Of a stretch of DNA of 64,000 nt, positions 45,903-56,246 are shown one piece after another. A program made the translations under genes and the position numbers. The notes under the pieces were generated by a model. That model had not been told where the DNA came from, ran no database searches, and saw only the letters and a list, made by a program, of their open reading frames with translations. The number at the start of each line of letters is the position of its first letter. Within the stretch, counting starts at the first letter, position 1. The stretch is from Candidatus Woesearchaeota archaeon (lineage in GTDB: Archaea; Nanobdellota; Nanobdellia; Woesearchaeales; DSVV01): assembly GCA_018661705.1 (NCBI GenBank), contig JABJHR010000001.1, positions 47,042-111,041 on the forward strand, written 5' to 3'.

Positions 45903-47782
45903 TTTCTTCCTCTTTGTCCAACATACAAACTCTTAACCAAACCTAAATCAGAAATATCCTCTACATTTCTATCTTCACGTAATCTTACAAATCTAGGGAA
46001 ACGTAATGCAAAGCCTGATGAGTATGTTGGTGATTTTTGGATTTCTTCATAATGTACTTCTATAACTACTGTTGGTTTCACTGTAATGCTTTTACCCTTT
46101 TCTGATATAATATGTTTTTGTAACATTTCAGTAAGTTGTTTAAATGTAACACCTTCTTCTTCTAACTCTTTAATTCCTGTTCCTACTTTTCCCATTTCTA
46201 CTAAATTCCCTTCCTCATCTCTACATGCAATTAAAAAGCTTGTTAACCAGTTGCTTCTTTTACCTTCTCCCCATTCTGCACCAACAATTACTAAATCTAA
46301 TGATTCCATGACTGGTTTTAGTTTAACACCAAACCCTACTCTTGATCCTGGTTTGTAAATTGCATTTAGGTTTTTAGCCATAAGACCTTCATTACCTGCA
46401 TCTAATGATGCTTGATAAAACTTGTTAGCTTCTTCTTCTTTATCAGTAATCATTATTCTTGATAAAACAATTTTTCTTGGTGTTGGATCAATTATTTTTC
46501 CTAGCAAAGCTCGTCTTTTATGAAATTCTTCCTTCAACAAACTTTTTCCATCATGATAAAGTATATCAAACACATTAACTTCTACTGGAAAGTTCTTAGC
46601 TAGTTCATCAATATTATATTTTCTTTTAATTCGTTGAGAAACACTCTGAAAGGCCATGTATTGTGTTGTTTTTTTATTAAAACCAACAGCTTCAGAATCA
46701 AGAATTGCATTTTTAACTTTTACATGTTCTTTTACATACCTAACAACATCAGGGAATTGTTCAGTAACGTCTTCAAAACCTCTTGTGAATAATACAATCT
46801 TTTCATCCATTATGTGGATTGCTAATCTAAAACCATCATATTTGTATTCAAGGGCACAAGGTGTCTTAACACGTTCAAACGCATCTTTAATATTTTGAGC
46901 TTTTTGGTAAAGCATTACCTTAATTGGTTTTCCAACTTTGATATCAGTACTTTTTAATCCCTTTAATCCTTTTTCCCGCACAACTAAAACTACTTCTGAC
47001 CAATCTGTTGTAATATTATAAGCTTCTTCTACACTGTCTAAGAAATAATTAAATAATTCTCTTGCTAATTCTTTTGTTTCACAAGCAATTGAATTTGTTT
47101 TTAATATTGAAATGGTATCAAATTCACTTTTTGTTTTAATAACCTTGTCAACTTTAATTTTTTCTACTTCAATTGGTTTGTCTTTGTCCATGTAATAATA
47201 TTTGTTGCCTTCTCCTGATAACTCTAAATTAGCAATTAAAGGAAAATGTGCCCATACAATAGCATCTCTTACACTACCTTGACCAACACCAACTCTTAGA
47301 TCTTCTAAAACAGTTCTAATAATATATTTTGCTTCTAATGGTTTTGCACTTGTTAATAACTCTGCAACTAATTTAACTTTTCTATCAACTGTGCCAGATC
47401 CTTCAAGTTCTGCTAACTTTTGTAAATTATTAGAAACTTTTTTAATACTAAGATCTTGTGAAAATAATGTTACTTGTTTCTTTTTTTCAGTATATTCTTC
47501 TGCAACTAATCCTAAATCTCCAGTATTTTTCCATTTTTCTTCTATTTTGTCTGTGTCAATACCAGTTGCAATGTTAATAGCTTTCAAAACTAATCTAGAA
47601 GCCATACCTACTTTTCTTTTATCCCAAGCAGGGAAAACTTTACCTTCTAACAAAAGCATGATCAACGGAATATCTTCATCTTTAGTCTTCTTAATTAACT
47701 GAGAAACATAATATGTCTTTTCTAATCTTTTTGATGTGGATTCTAGCTTGTTGTATATCTCACATAAATCTATGTATTTCAT
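45899..47782 (-). CDS. lig: ATP-dependent DNA ligase
   Basis: EYKYDGFR, FDIL, EGLMAK, DLVIVGAEWGEGKR and ALRFPRF..LREDR. Confidence 0.96.
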   Translation of the reverse strand: MKYIDLCEIYNKLESTSKRLEKTYYVSQLIKKTKDEDIPLIMLLLEGKVFPAWDKRKVGMASRLVLKAINIATGIDTDKIEEKWKNTGDLGLVAEEYTEKKKQVTLFSQDLSIKKVSNNLQKLAELEGSGTVDRKVKLVAELLTSAKPLEAKYIIRTVLEDLRVGVGQGSVRDAIVWAHFPLIANLELSGEGNKYYYMDKDKPIEVEKIKVDKVIKTKSEFDTISILKTNSIACETKELARELFNYFLDSVEEAYNITTDWSEVVLVVREKGLKGLKSTDIKVGKPIKVMLYQKAQNIKDAFERVKTPCALEYKYDGFRLAIHIMDEKIVLFTRGFEDVTEQFPDVVRYVKEHVKVKNAILDSEAVGFNKKTTQYMAFQSVSQRIKRKYNIDELAKNFPVEVNVFDILYHDGKSLLKEEFHKRRALLGKIIDPTPRKIVLSRIMITDKEEEANKFYQASLDAGNEGLMAKNLNAIYKPGSRVGFGVKLKPVMESLDLVIVGAEWGEGKRSNWLTSFLIACRDEEGNLVEMGKVGTGIKELEEEGVTFKQLTEMLQKHIISEKGKSITVKPTVVIEVHYEEIQKSPTYSSGFALRFPRFVRLREDRNVEDISDLGLVKSLYVGQRGRN

Positions 47783-47915
47783 AGGGATTTGGGTTGTACT
47801 GGGATATATATAGTTTGTGGTGGATTATAACTTCAACTCAGATTGAACTTTTCGCTAGGTATTTATATTAGCTTGTATATATAGTAGAATATTGTTTAAC
47901 ATGGAGGTAAATAAA

Positions 47916-48671
47916 ATGGAACATAAAACAGGACATATGATTGTATTTGGAATAATCCTTGTGTTACTTGCAGGAATGTTATATTCAATTGGAACTAAAG
48001 ATTACGTAATAAACCAAGGAAACATGAATAAGATTAGTGTTAGTGGAGATGCTGAATCAGACGTAATGCCTGATGAAGTAGAAATTAGTTTTAGTGTTGT
48101 AACAGATGGTAAAGATGCTGCAACAGTACAAGAACAAAATTCAGAAAAAATGAATGCAGTTATGGCGGCATTAGAAAAAGCTGGTCTTGATGAAAATGAG
48201 ATTGAAACTACTGATTATAATCTTTATCCGTTGAAAGAATATGATTATGTGTTGAAAAAACAAGTAGATAAAGGTTACAGATTAACACAAACAATCAAAG
48301 TAACAACAACAGATATAGACAAAACAGGAGAATTATTAACAGTTGGTGTACAAAACGGTGCTAACAAAATTAGTAATATTAATTTCCAACTTTCAAAAAA
48401 GTTAGAAAAGCAAGTTAAAGATGAATTAGTTAAAGAAGCAACAACTAATGCAAAAGAAAAAGCAAAAACATTAGCTAAAAACTTAGATGTGAAAATGGGA
48501 AAAGCAATTTCAATCTCCGAAAGCAACTATTACACACCTAGATATTATGCAGGTGGTTTTGGAGAAGAAGCAATTGAAGAAATGGCAGTTATGGATGCAG
48601 TTTCCTCTAAGATCAGCCCTGAACAAGTTGGTGTTAGTCTTAGTATAAATGTAGATTTTGCAATTGTTTAA
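47916..48671 (+). CDS. SIMPL/DUF541 domain protein
   Basis: ISVSG......PD, IET....L.P, GAN.I..I.F and A..NA.EKA..LA. Confidence 0.9.
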   Translation: MEHKTGHMIVFGIILVLLAGMLYSIGTKDYVINQGNMNKISVSGDAESDVMPDEVEISFSVVTDGKDAATVQEQNSEKMNAVMAALEKAGLDENEIETTDYNLYPLKEYDYVLKKQVDKGYRLTQTIKVTTTDIDKTGELLTVGVQNGANKISNINFQLSKKLEKQVKDELVKEATTNAKEKAKTLAKNLDVKMGKAISISESNYYTPRYYAGGFGEEAIEEMAVMDAVSSKISPEQVGVSLSINVDFAIV

Positions 48672-48708
48672 TTGTTTTATTTTTTTCTTTTATTTTTCTT
48701 CTATTTTA

Positions 48709-49677
48709 TTAGAAATCTACAGGAAATAAAAATCTTCTTGCAATTAAATACAAGATAAAGATACAAATCAATATAATTCCTTTCTTTTTGTTAATATCCT
48801 CGTCTTTATGTAAGAAATAGAAGATTAAGAATCCAGTAAAGATTTTAACAGGTAAATCTAGATAAACTAAAACATTTGGAACAGTATATGTTGAAATCAT
48901 TGCCCCAATTCCAATGCCCATCATTGGGTTTGTGATATTGCTACCTAACAAAATTCCTGCAGAAATATCTTTTTTGTGTTTTAATGCTGCAATTAAAGAT
49001 GTTGTTAGTTCTGGCAAAGCAGATGCAATACCTAAAATAAACACACCAAAGAATGATGCACTGATTGGTAAAGTAGAAACTAAAACAGTTGATGCAGCAA
49101 GTACTTTCTCTGCACTAAGTGCCATAATTAAAAAGCAAATAAAAATAAGAAAAAAACTTGTACCAATCCCAAAATTAGTTAATCCATCCTTGTTTTTCTT
49201 TTCAATTTTTTTTGTTCTGTCTAAATAAAATAAGTATGCAATATAGAGAATAAACATAATAGCTCCTTCCCATCTTGTGATTACTCCACCAATTGCAAAA
49301 AGCCATGTAAGAATAGCAGCTACAATTAATGCTCCTGCTTCTTTAAATAAGTTTTTCTTGACAACAACAACTGTTGCAATCAATCCTAAAACACCAAGAA
49401 TAATATTTTGTTGAAATATATCAGAACCAACACTTGTTCCTAATAATAATCCTGAAAGAGTCTGCATCTGGGATGGATCTCTCACAATATCAACACTACC
49501 AACAATATGAGTCATGATTTCAGGAATGCTTGTACCAATAGAAAGAATTGTTAATCCAATAAAAGTTCCACTTAATCCAAAGTGTCCTGCTAGTTTAATT
49601 GCATTCTTAATAATAACTTCCGCTAACAAAAGTATTAGAATTACACCAGCAAGTACAACAATTACCTCAGTTAACAA
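48709..49677 (-). CDS. Ca2+/Na+ antiporter (CaCA, YrbG-like)
   Basis: GTSIPE and ASALPE alpha repeats, GSN; SD GAGGTGA. Confidence 0.9.
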   Translation of the reverse strand: MLTEVIVVLAGVILILLLAEVIIKNAIKLAGHFGLSGTFIGLTILSIGTSIPEIMTHIVGSVDIVRDPSQMQTLSGLLLGTSVGSDIFQQNIILGVLGLIATVVVVKKNLFKEAGALIVAAILTWLFAIGGVITRWEGAIMFILYIAYLFYLDRTKKIEKKNKDGLTNFGIGTSFFLIFICFLIMALSAEKVLAASTVLVSTLPISASFFGVFILGIASALPELTTSLIAALKHKKDISAGILLGSNITNPMMGIGIGAMISTYTVPNVLVYLDLPVKIFTGFLIFYFLHKDEDINKKKGIILICIFILYLIARRFLFPVDF

Positions 49678-49726
49678 CTAATCACCTCTTTTAATGGGTT
49701 TAAGTGTTAAGGGTTTATATATTTTT

Positions 49727-50878
49727 TTAGAAATCTAAATCATCAAAGATTACATAACCGCCTTCTCTGATAATGATTTTTTCAGAACCGTCTTTGTAAA
49801 TAAGTTTACCAACTCTGATTTTTGGGTTGTTGAGTGCAAAATCTTGGTGGTGAGCTAAAGCTTTTACATCAAATGGTGTTGGAAATCCGCCAATATGTGT
49901 TGCATTACCTAATGCAAAATGAGGTGAACTTTTTTCAACCTCTAACATGCTGAATGAGTCACTTCTTGCTTCGCTGTTTAATCCAAATGCAACTTCTGCA
50001 ATATATCCCCACATTGGTTCTTTTGCTAGCTTTTTTCTTTGAAGCTCTGCAATTCTAGAATGACCAATAATATCAGTAACAAAACCATTTTTGATTTCAT
50101 AAACAACTAAACCTTCTGCTTGGTATACTGGTATTTCACCATTTGTTTTTGTTTCAATTATTCCATCTTTATCTTTAAGTTTAATTCCTTTTTCTTCATA
50201 AAACTTTTCCATTTCTTTTACATGTTTGTCTTTTCCGTTCTCAACTAAATAATTTAACAAACTACCTTCGAATTGAATTGCAAATATTTCTCCAAAAGGA
50301 ATATTTCCTAGGCCCTTACCTTTATTTTTATGAATAAATCCTAAATCTTCTTTCCAGTCTACATGTCTTACATCAAATTCAACTTTATGAGAACTTGCAA
50401 ACTCAAAAACAATTGAGACAACATCTTTTAATAATGGTTTTATCATAGCTCCTCGTTTTTGTATGTCTTTTGGATCTCCTAACATGACACCATCTAACAT
50501 TTCATCATCAAAATTAGGACTGCTACCTACTCTAAAGTTTAATTCATCTTTTAATATGCTTAAAGGTCTTGTTGCTGAGAATTTAGGAAGACACCAAACA
50601 ATATCAGCTTCTTTTAATGCATCAACAATTTTAACTTCTTCATCATTTTGTTCACCTTTATCAGGTAAATCAGCATTATTAAATTTTGTTTCTTCATAAT
50701 CAAGGGTTGGTAATAATTTTATTCCTAATGTTTTATCTTCTTCTAAGATTTCAACCCACTCTGCTACTAATTCTCTTCTTTCCATACTAGAATCATCAAT
50801 CATAAAAAGAAATTTCTCACCTTTTGATGGATTAAAAGTTTGTTTTATAAAAGATATTAAGTCAAATTCATTTTCCAT
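49727..50878 (-). CDS. aminopeptidase-like metalloprotease (M29-like)
   Basis: GNIPFGEIF, IAEVAFGLN and EK...HFALG...H.D. Confidence 0.7.
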   Translation of the reverse strand: MENEFDLISFIKQTFNPSKGEKFLFMIDDSSMERRELVAEWVEILEEDKTLGIKLLPTLDYEETKFNNADLPDKGEQNDEEVKIVDALKEADIVWCLPKFSATRPLSILKDELNFRVGSSPNFDDEMLDGVMLGDPKDIQKRGAMIKPLLKDVVSIVFEFASSHKVEFDVRHVDWKEDLGFIHKNKGKGLGNIPFGEIFAIQFEGSLLNYLVENGKDKHVKEMEKFYEEKGIKLKDKDGIIETKTNGEIPVYQAEGLVVYEIKNGFVTDIIGHSRIAELQRKKLAKEPMWGYIAEVAFGLNSEARSDSFSMLEVEKSSPHFALGNATHIGGFPTPFDVKALAHHQDFALNNPKIRVGKLIYKDGSEKIIIREGGYVIFDDLDF

Positions 50879-50991
50879 CGTATTTAGAAGAAGAATGTGG
50901 TTATTTATAAAGCTTTTCTAAAACATTAACTTAATTCTCGTTGACCTTAAATCAACAAGATTTATATACTAGTTTTACTTACCTTGTCATA

Positions 50992-51393
50992 ATGCCGACT
51001 AAAATTACAATAATCAGAGTTAGAAAACCTGTACAAGGCAATATCAATCATGAATTACAATGGTTAGGTTCTAGTCTAGGATTGTTTGGGCTAAGAGATA
51101 AAGATAAAAGTTGTTTTCGATTATTTATTGAATTAATTAAATCAACAAAAAAAGGAAAAGCTCTTAGCAGTGATGATCTTGCAAATAAGTTACATCTTTC
51201 TCGAGGAACAGTTGTACATCATTTACATAAATTACAAAATTCTGGAATTATTGTATCTGAAAATAAAGGATATCTTCTAAGAGTTAATCGTCTGAAAAAT
51301 CTCATTTTGGAAATAGAAAAAGATATGAAAAGAACATTAGATGATATGAAAGAAATGGCAGATGAAATTGATAAAAAGTTGGGTGGTAATTAA
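50992..51393 (+). CDS. wHTH transcriptional regulator
   Basis: LSSDDLANKLHLSRGTVVHHLHKL..SGII. Confidence 0.85.
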   Translation: MPTKITIIRVRKPVQGNINHELQWLGSSLGLFGLRDKDKSCFRLFIELIKSTKKGKALSSDDLANKLHLSRGTVVHHLHKLQNSGIIVSENKGYLLRVNRLKNLILEIEKDMKRTLDDMKEMADEIDKKLGGN

Positions 51394-51445
51394 TTAGTAT
51401 TTCTGTTTTCTTGGAAAAATAAATAATTGTTGTTACTAAATTTAT

Positions 51446-52153
51446 TTAAATTCTATCTGGATAATCACTAATTATTCCATCTACACCATTAGAAATGTAT
51501 TTTTTTATTTTATCCTTATCATTTAATGTCCAAACATTTACTTTTATTCCACGAGAGTGCATTGCATGAACTAAACCTTTAGTTGCTAATGCATAATGGA
51601 TGTTTAATGTGTGTGATTTTATTTCTTGAAGTAAACTTACTAACATTTTTTTTGTAATTGGCATGAATAACCTTGCAAAAGAGATCATTAATCTATCATG
51701 AAATTCTGTTTTTCCTACATAAAAAATAAATGCCGTCTTGAATTTCTTAACTTTTTGTAATACTTCTGGCTGTCCAGAAGAAATAATTATATTTTTAACT
51801 TTATGGCTCTGCAAAACTTCCAACACTTGTTCAACATCTTGCTTTTTCTTGATTTCAATATTTAATTCAATTTTATCTTGTACAAAAAATAAAACTTCTT
51901 CTAATGTTGGAATTTTTTCACCTTCACCCGCATCTAACTCTCTTATCTTTTCAAGAGTCATTTCAGAAACTTTGCCTTTGCCATTCGTGGTTCTTTCTAA
52001 GTTATCGTCATGAATGACAACAACATCTCCAGATTTACAAACATGAACATCAATTTCAATTTGATTAACGCCTAAATCAATTGCTTTCTTAATAGATCGT
52101 AATGTGTTTTCAGGTTCATGCCCGCAAGCTCCTCTATGTCCAATTTTTAGCAT
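51446..52153 (-). CDS. glycerophosphodiester phosphodiesterase
   Basis: GHRG, PENT, EIDV, HD..LERTT, NIEIK, WT and DGIISDYP. Confidence 0.93.
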   Translation of the reverse strand: MLKIGHRGACGHEPENTLRSIKKAIDLGVNQIEIDVHVCKSGDVVVIHDDNLERTTNGKGKVSEMTLEKIRELDAGEGEKIPTLEEVLFFVQDKIELNIEIKKKQDVEQVLEVLQSHKVKNIIISSGQPEVLQKVKKFKTAFIFYVGKTEFHDRLMISFARLFMPITKKMLVSLLQEIKSHTLNIHYALATKGLVHAMHSRGIKVNVWTLNDKDKIKKYISNGVDGIISDYPDRI

Positions 52154-52274
52154 TTCTTGTCTAAAAATAAACTTCTATAAAAAAGTTATTGAACTATACA
52201 ATCTATGATTTATCAAATAATTAACAAAACCACTCCCCAATAGTCCTAAAATCTTATATAAATAAATACATAAT

Positions 52275-54089
52275 ATGTATGATATGGGTAGTCCGAAGGC
52301 TAATGTATTATTTGAAGTGAGTTGGGAAGTATGCAACAAAGTAGGTGGGATTTATACAGTTGTGAAATCAAAAGCAGACTTAATTAATTCAGCATACGAA
52401 GATTATTACTTAATCGGGCCTTATGTAGAGAACAAAGCAAAAGAAACATTTAATGAAGAAACACCTTCTAAAGAATTAGCAAAAATCTTTTCAGAATTAG
52501 CAGGACAAGGAATAACTTGTTATTTTGGAGAATGGTTAATTAAAGGAAAACCAAAAGTAATTTTGATGGATGTTTCTAAAGCAACAGATCAAATTAATTC
52601 CCTAAAAAAAAGATATTGGGATAACTATCAAATTGATTCTCTTAATGCAGAATGGACATTTGAAGAACCAATGTTATGGTCGACTGCTGCTGGAATGTTA
52701 ATTGAGAAATTTGCACAACAAAATGAAAACAAAAACATAGTTACACATTGTCATGAATGGATGGCTGGTTTTGCTGCTTTGCATTTAAAATCTGTAAATG
52801 CTAACGTTGGAACTGTGTTTACAACACATGCAACAATGTTAGGTAGAACATTATGTGGTTCAGGACGACAATTGTATGAAGAACTAGAACATTTAGATCC
52901 TAAAAAAGAAGCATATAACTACAATATTCAAGATAAATACCTAACAGAGCTTGCATGTGCACAAAATGCTGATGTTTTCACAACTGTTTCTGAAATTACG
53001 TCAATGGAAGCTGAGAAAATTCTTGGAAGAAAAGCAGATGTTTTATTGTTAAATGGTTTAGATATTGAAAAATTTCCTAGTTTTGAGGAACTTTCTATTA
53101 AACATAGAATTTATCGAGAGAAAATTAGAGAATTTGTTGCATATCATTTTTTCCCTTATTACTCTTTTGATTTATCACAAACATTATTGTTTTTTATTGT
53201 GGGAAGGTATGAATTCAAAAATAAAGGAATTGATATTTTCATTAAAGCTTTAGGTAAACTAAATCAAATGATGAGAGAAAATAATTCTAAAAAAACTATT
53301 ATTGTGTTTTTCTGGATTCCACATGAAGTACATGGTGCAAAATTAGAATTATCTGAAAATAAAATGAATTATTTGCATCTGAAGGATTTTGTCGTGGACA
53401 ACCAAAAGCATGTTCAACAACAAATTTTAAATCATATTATTGGTTCAGAAAAACATGTTGAATCATCAGAACACTTATCTACGCAAGCAATGTTTTCTGA
53501 TGAATTTCTGTTAGGGGCAAGAAAACTAAATCTTAAATTTAAAAAACAAGGTAATCCTTTACTTGTAACTCATAATTTATCAGACGAGAAAAATGATGAA
53601 ATTATAAAAGCACTTCTTGCTGAAGGTCTTGATAATAAAGAAGATGATAAAGTTAAAGCTATTTTTTATCCTGTTTATCTTACTGGTGTTGATGGATTAA
53701 TTGATCTTCCATATTATGATTGTTTGCAAGGTTGTCATTTCGGTTTATTCCCTAGTTATTATGAACCCTGGGGTTATACACCATTAGAAAGTGCTGCACT
53801 TGGTGTTCCTTCATTAACAACTGACTTAGGAGGGTATGGTAGATTTTTATTAAGTAAAAAAGAAGGGAACGATGGGGTTTATGTATTAAATAGGTTTGGT
53901 GTGAATGAAAATAAAGTAATTAATGATTTTTCTAAATCTTTGTTTGATTATACTTTGTTGAGAGAAAAAGAAAGAGTTGAGCAAAAAATGTTAGCAAAGA
54001 AAGTTGCAGGTCTTGCAGATTGGAGTCAATTTGTTAAATTTTATTTTGAGGCGCACAATAAAGCATTGGAAAAAAGAGGAGGAAATTAA
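52275..54089 (+). CDS. glycogen synthase, GT3 family
   Basis: FEVSWEVCNKVGGIYTV, HEW, FTTHATMLGR, GRYEFKNKG and PSYYEPWGYTPLE. Confidence 0.93.
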   Translation: MYDMGSPKANVLFEVSWEVCNKVGGIYTVVKSKADLINSAYEDYYLIGPYVENKAKETFNEETPSKELAKIFSELAGQGITCYFGEWLIKGKPKVILMDVSKATDQINSLKKRYWDNYQIDSLNAEWTFEEPMLWSTAAGMLIEKFAQQNENKNIVTHCHEWMAGFAALHLKSVNANVGTVFTTHATMLGRTLCGSGRQLYEELEHLDPKKEAYNYNIQDKYLTELACAQNADVFTTVSEITSMEAEKILGRKADVLLLNGLDIEKFPSFEELSIKHRIYREKIREFVAYHFFPYYSFDLSQTLLFFIVGRYEFKNKGIDIFIKALGKLNQMMRENNSKKTIIVFFWIPHEVHGAKLELSENKMNYLHLKDFVVDNQKHVQQQILNHIIGSEKHVESSEHLSTQAMFSDEFLLGARKLNLKFKKQGNPLLVTHNLSDEKNDEIIKALLAEGLDNKEDDKVKAIFYPVYLTGVDGLIDLPYYDCLQGCHFGLFPSYYEPWGYTPLESAALGVPSLTTDLGGYGRFLLSKKEGNDGVYVLNRFGVNENKVINDFSKSLFDYTLLREKERVEQKMLAKKVAGLADWSQFVKFYFEAHNKALEKRGGN

Positions 54090-54257
54090 GGTTTTAAGTA
54101 AGTAGTAAGAGGTAAGAAGTGGGTAAATAGTAAATTAGTTATTAGTTTTTTGGTATTTGATTTTTGTGTGAAGAACAAATAATAAAAACTGAATAACTAC
54201 TTACTTGTCAACTTATCACCCACTTCAGACTTCAAACTTCAAACTTATTACTTCAAG
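54089..54257. repeat. Family C fold-back spacer
   Basis: AAGTAAGTAGT..AAGTGGGT / ACTACTTACTT..ACCCACTT..ACTTCAAACTTCAAACTT. Confidence 0.65.
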
Positions 54258-54270
54258 TCTATAATTTAAA

Positions 54271-55254
54271 ATGACTGAACTAAGAAAAGACTATCTGTTG
54301 GAAAGATATGTTATAATTGCAGCTGGTAGAGGAAAAAGGCCACATCAATTTACAGATGAGAAAAAAGAAACCTCTGCAAAAAAATGTTTTTTCTGTCCAG
54401 GTAGTGAAGATCAGACTCCTAAAGAAATTTATCGTGTTGGAAGTGCCAATGATTGGAAAATAAGAGTTTTTCCTAATAAATTTGCAGCAGTTAACGAAAA
54501 TAGGGATAAGAATGATGCAGAAATAAAAACACATAATGAATTTTTTACATTTGCAGAAGGTGTTGGAAATCATGAAGTAGTTGTAGAAACACCCGATCAT
54601 GAAAAACAATTAGTTGATTTAGATGTTGATGAGATGGTTGATGTATTTAAGACATATATTCTAAGAATCAAAGAATTAGAACAAAAAAAAGATGTAAAAT
54701 ATGTTCTTGTTTTTAAGAATCATGGAAAAGATGCAGGAACTAGCCTAGTTCATTCTCATTCACAAATTGTTGCATATAATTTAGTTCCTACAATTATTCA
54801 ACAAAAAGAAAAAGCAATTGCTAAATATGCAGAAAAAGCTGCAAATAATAATTCAGAACCTCATTGCGCCTATTGCAAAATATTAAACATTGAAAAAACT
54901 AGCGATAGAAAAGTTTTTGAAAATAATAATTTTGTTTGCTTTACACCGTATGCGTCAAGAATGCCTTATGAAGTCTTATTTTTCCCCAAAAGGCATGTTG
55001 TGAGTGTAAAATATCTTAATGATGGTGAATTATATGATTTATGTGATCTCTTAAAAAAAGTTTTAGTTAAATTAAAAGAATTTAATGCATCTTATAATTT
55101 TTATTTGCATAATGGAACTGGCAAAGAACATCAATTTCATTTTCATGTTGAACTTTTACCTAGAATTACTAAATGGGCAGGGTTTGAGCTAGGCAGTGAA
55201 ACAATCATTAATACAACTTCTCCAGAAGATGCTGCTTTGTTTTATAGGGAATAA
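54271..55254 (+). CDS. galT: GalT-family sugar-1-phosphate nucleotidylyltransferase
   Basis: ELRKD, R.KRP, CFFCPG.E, NKF, FKNHG..AGTSL.HSHSQ and GFELG. Confidence 0.88.
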   Translation: MTELRKDYLLERYVIIAAGRGKRPHQFTDEKKETSAKKCFFCPGSEDQTPKEIYRVGSANDWKIRVFPNKFAAVNENRDKNDAEIKTHNEFFTFAEGVGNHEVVVETPDHEKQLVDLDVDEMVDVFKTYILRIKELEQKKDVKYVLVFKNHGKDAGTSLVHSHSQIVAYNLVPTIIQQKEKAIAKYAEKAANNNSEPHCAYCKILNIEKTSDRKVFENNNFVCFTPYASRMPYEVLFFPKRHVVSVKYLNDGELYDLCDLLKKVLVKLKEFNASYNFYLHNGTGKEHQFHFHVELLPRITKWAGFELGSETIINTTSPEDAALFYRE

Positions 55255-55285
55255 TTTCTAATTTCTTTAGAAAATAATGCACGGG

Positions 55286-55394
55286 CAAAAAATAACAACA
55301 ATAATGGTTCAGACGGTCTTTTTCTCTCTTTGTTCGAAAAAGCCTTACTCGGCTCATTATATTCGCCTCGCCTGACCATTGTTGTTATTCTTTG
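55286..55394 (-). repeat. Family A three-way-junction repeat, copy 7
   Basis: Minus strand: GGTCAGGCGA-GGC GAATATAATGA GCC-GAGTA-AGGCTTTTT..AAAAAGACC-GTCTGAACC. Confidence 0.88.
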
Positions 55395-55419
55395 TATAAA
55401 AAAATGAAATTAAAAAACT

Positions 55420-55458
55420 CTACAACACTAGGTCCGAAGGACATGTCACTCACAAATT
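55420..55458 (+). repeat. Family B right-end fragment
   Basis: CTACAACACTAGGTCCGAAGGACATGTCACTCACAAATT. Confidence 0.85.
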
Positions 55459-55533
55459 GGTTTTTTATTAATTTTTTTTTTAAATTTTAATATTCGTAAA
55501 CTATATATATGATTCTTAATATTGAATGAATAA

Positions 55534-56196
55534 ATGAAAAAAAGAGTATACATAAAAAGTTTAATTCTTTTAGTTATTTTATTGTATGTAATACAAATTG
55601 TTATTGCTCCCCCTCCTCCTCCTCCACCAACACCTGGTGGGTTTGGAAATCCAAATGGGGTAGACGCAGGTAGTGGTGAAAATAATCTTTTAACGCAATC
55701 AAATTCTCAACAAAATTCACTTGAAACAACTGGTTCTGCAAGTAGTTTAGGATCATCTGGCGATAAAATTGCTTCTTTGGAAGCAAGGATTGATGATCTT
55801 GAAGGTAAAGGTATAGGTGTTTTTGGTTTTCTAATGATTTTGTTTAATTTAATTTTGTTGTTTTTCGTTGTATATTTTTGGTTGATAGAGAGAAAGAAAA
55901 TAAAAAATGCAGCATTGGAAAAACATTTGAATAAAAACCAACAAACAGTTCAAGAAGCAACACCACAAGAAGTAACGTTACAAGAAATGCAAACAAATCA
56001 ACAACCAGAACAACAACTACCGCAATCACAACCACAACAAAATCCTAACCCCGTAATTCCCCCTCCTCAAAATTCTAAACCTGCTGGTCAAACAACTCCT
56101 CCTGATTTAGACAATCAAAATACAGTGCCACACCCACCACCACATAATGCAGAAACATTAAATACTAATCCACCATCATTACATTATGATCATTAA
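55534..56196 (+). CDS. Pro/Gln-rich single-pass membrane protein
   Basis: Signal peptide, poly-Pro, TM and low-complexity tail. Confidence 0.7.
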   Translation: MKKRVYIKSLILLVILLYVIQIVIAPPPPPPPTPGGFGNPNGVDAGSGENNLLTQSNSQQNSLETTGSASSLGSSGDKIASLEARIDDLEGKGIGVFGFLMILFNLILLFFVVYFWLIERKKIKNAALEKHLNKNQQTVQEATPQEVTLQEMQTNQQPEQQLPQSQPQQNPNPVIPPPQNSKPAGQTTPPDLDNQNTVPHPPPHNAETLNTNPPSLHYDH

Positions 56197-56246
56197 TTTT
56201 TAATAAAATATTGTCAAAAATAATAAAAAAACAAAAAGGTGAAAAA

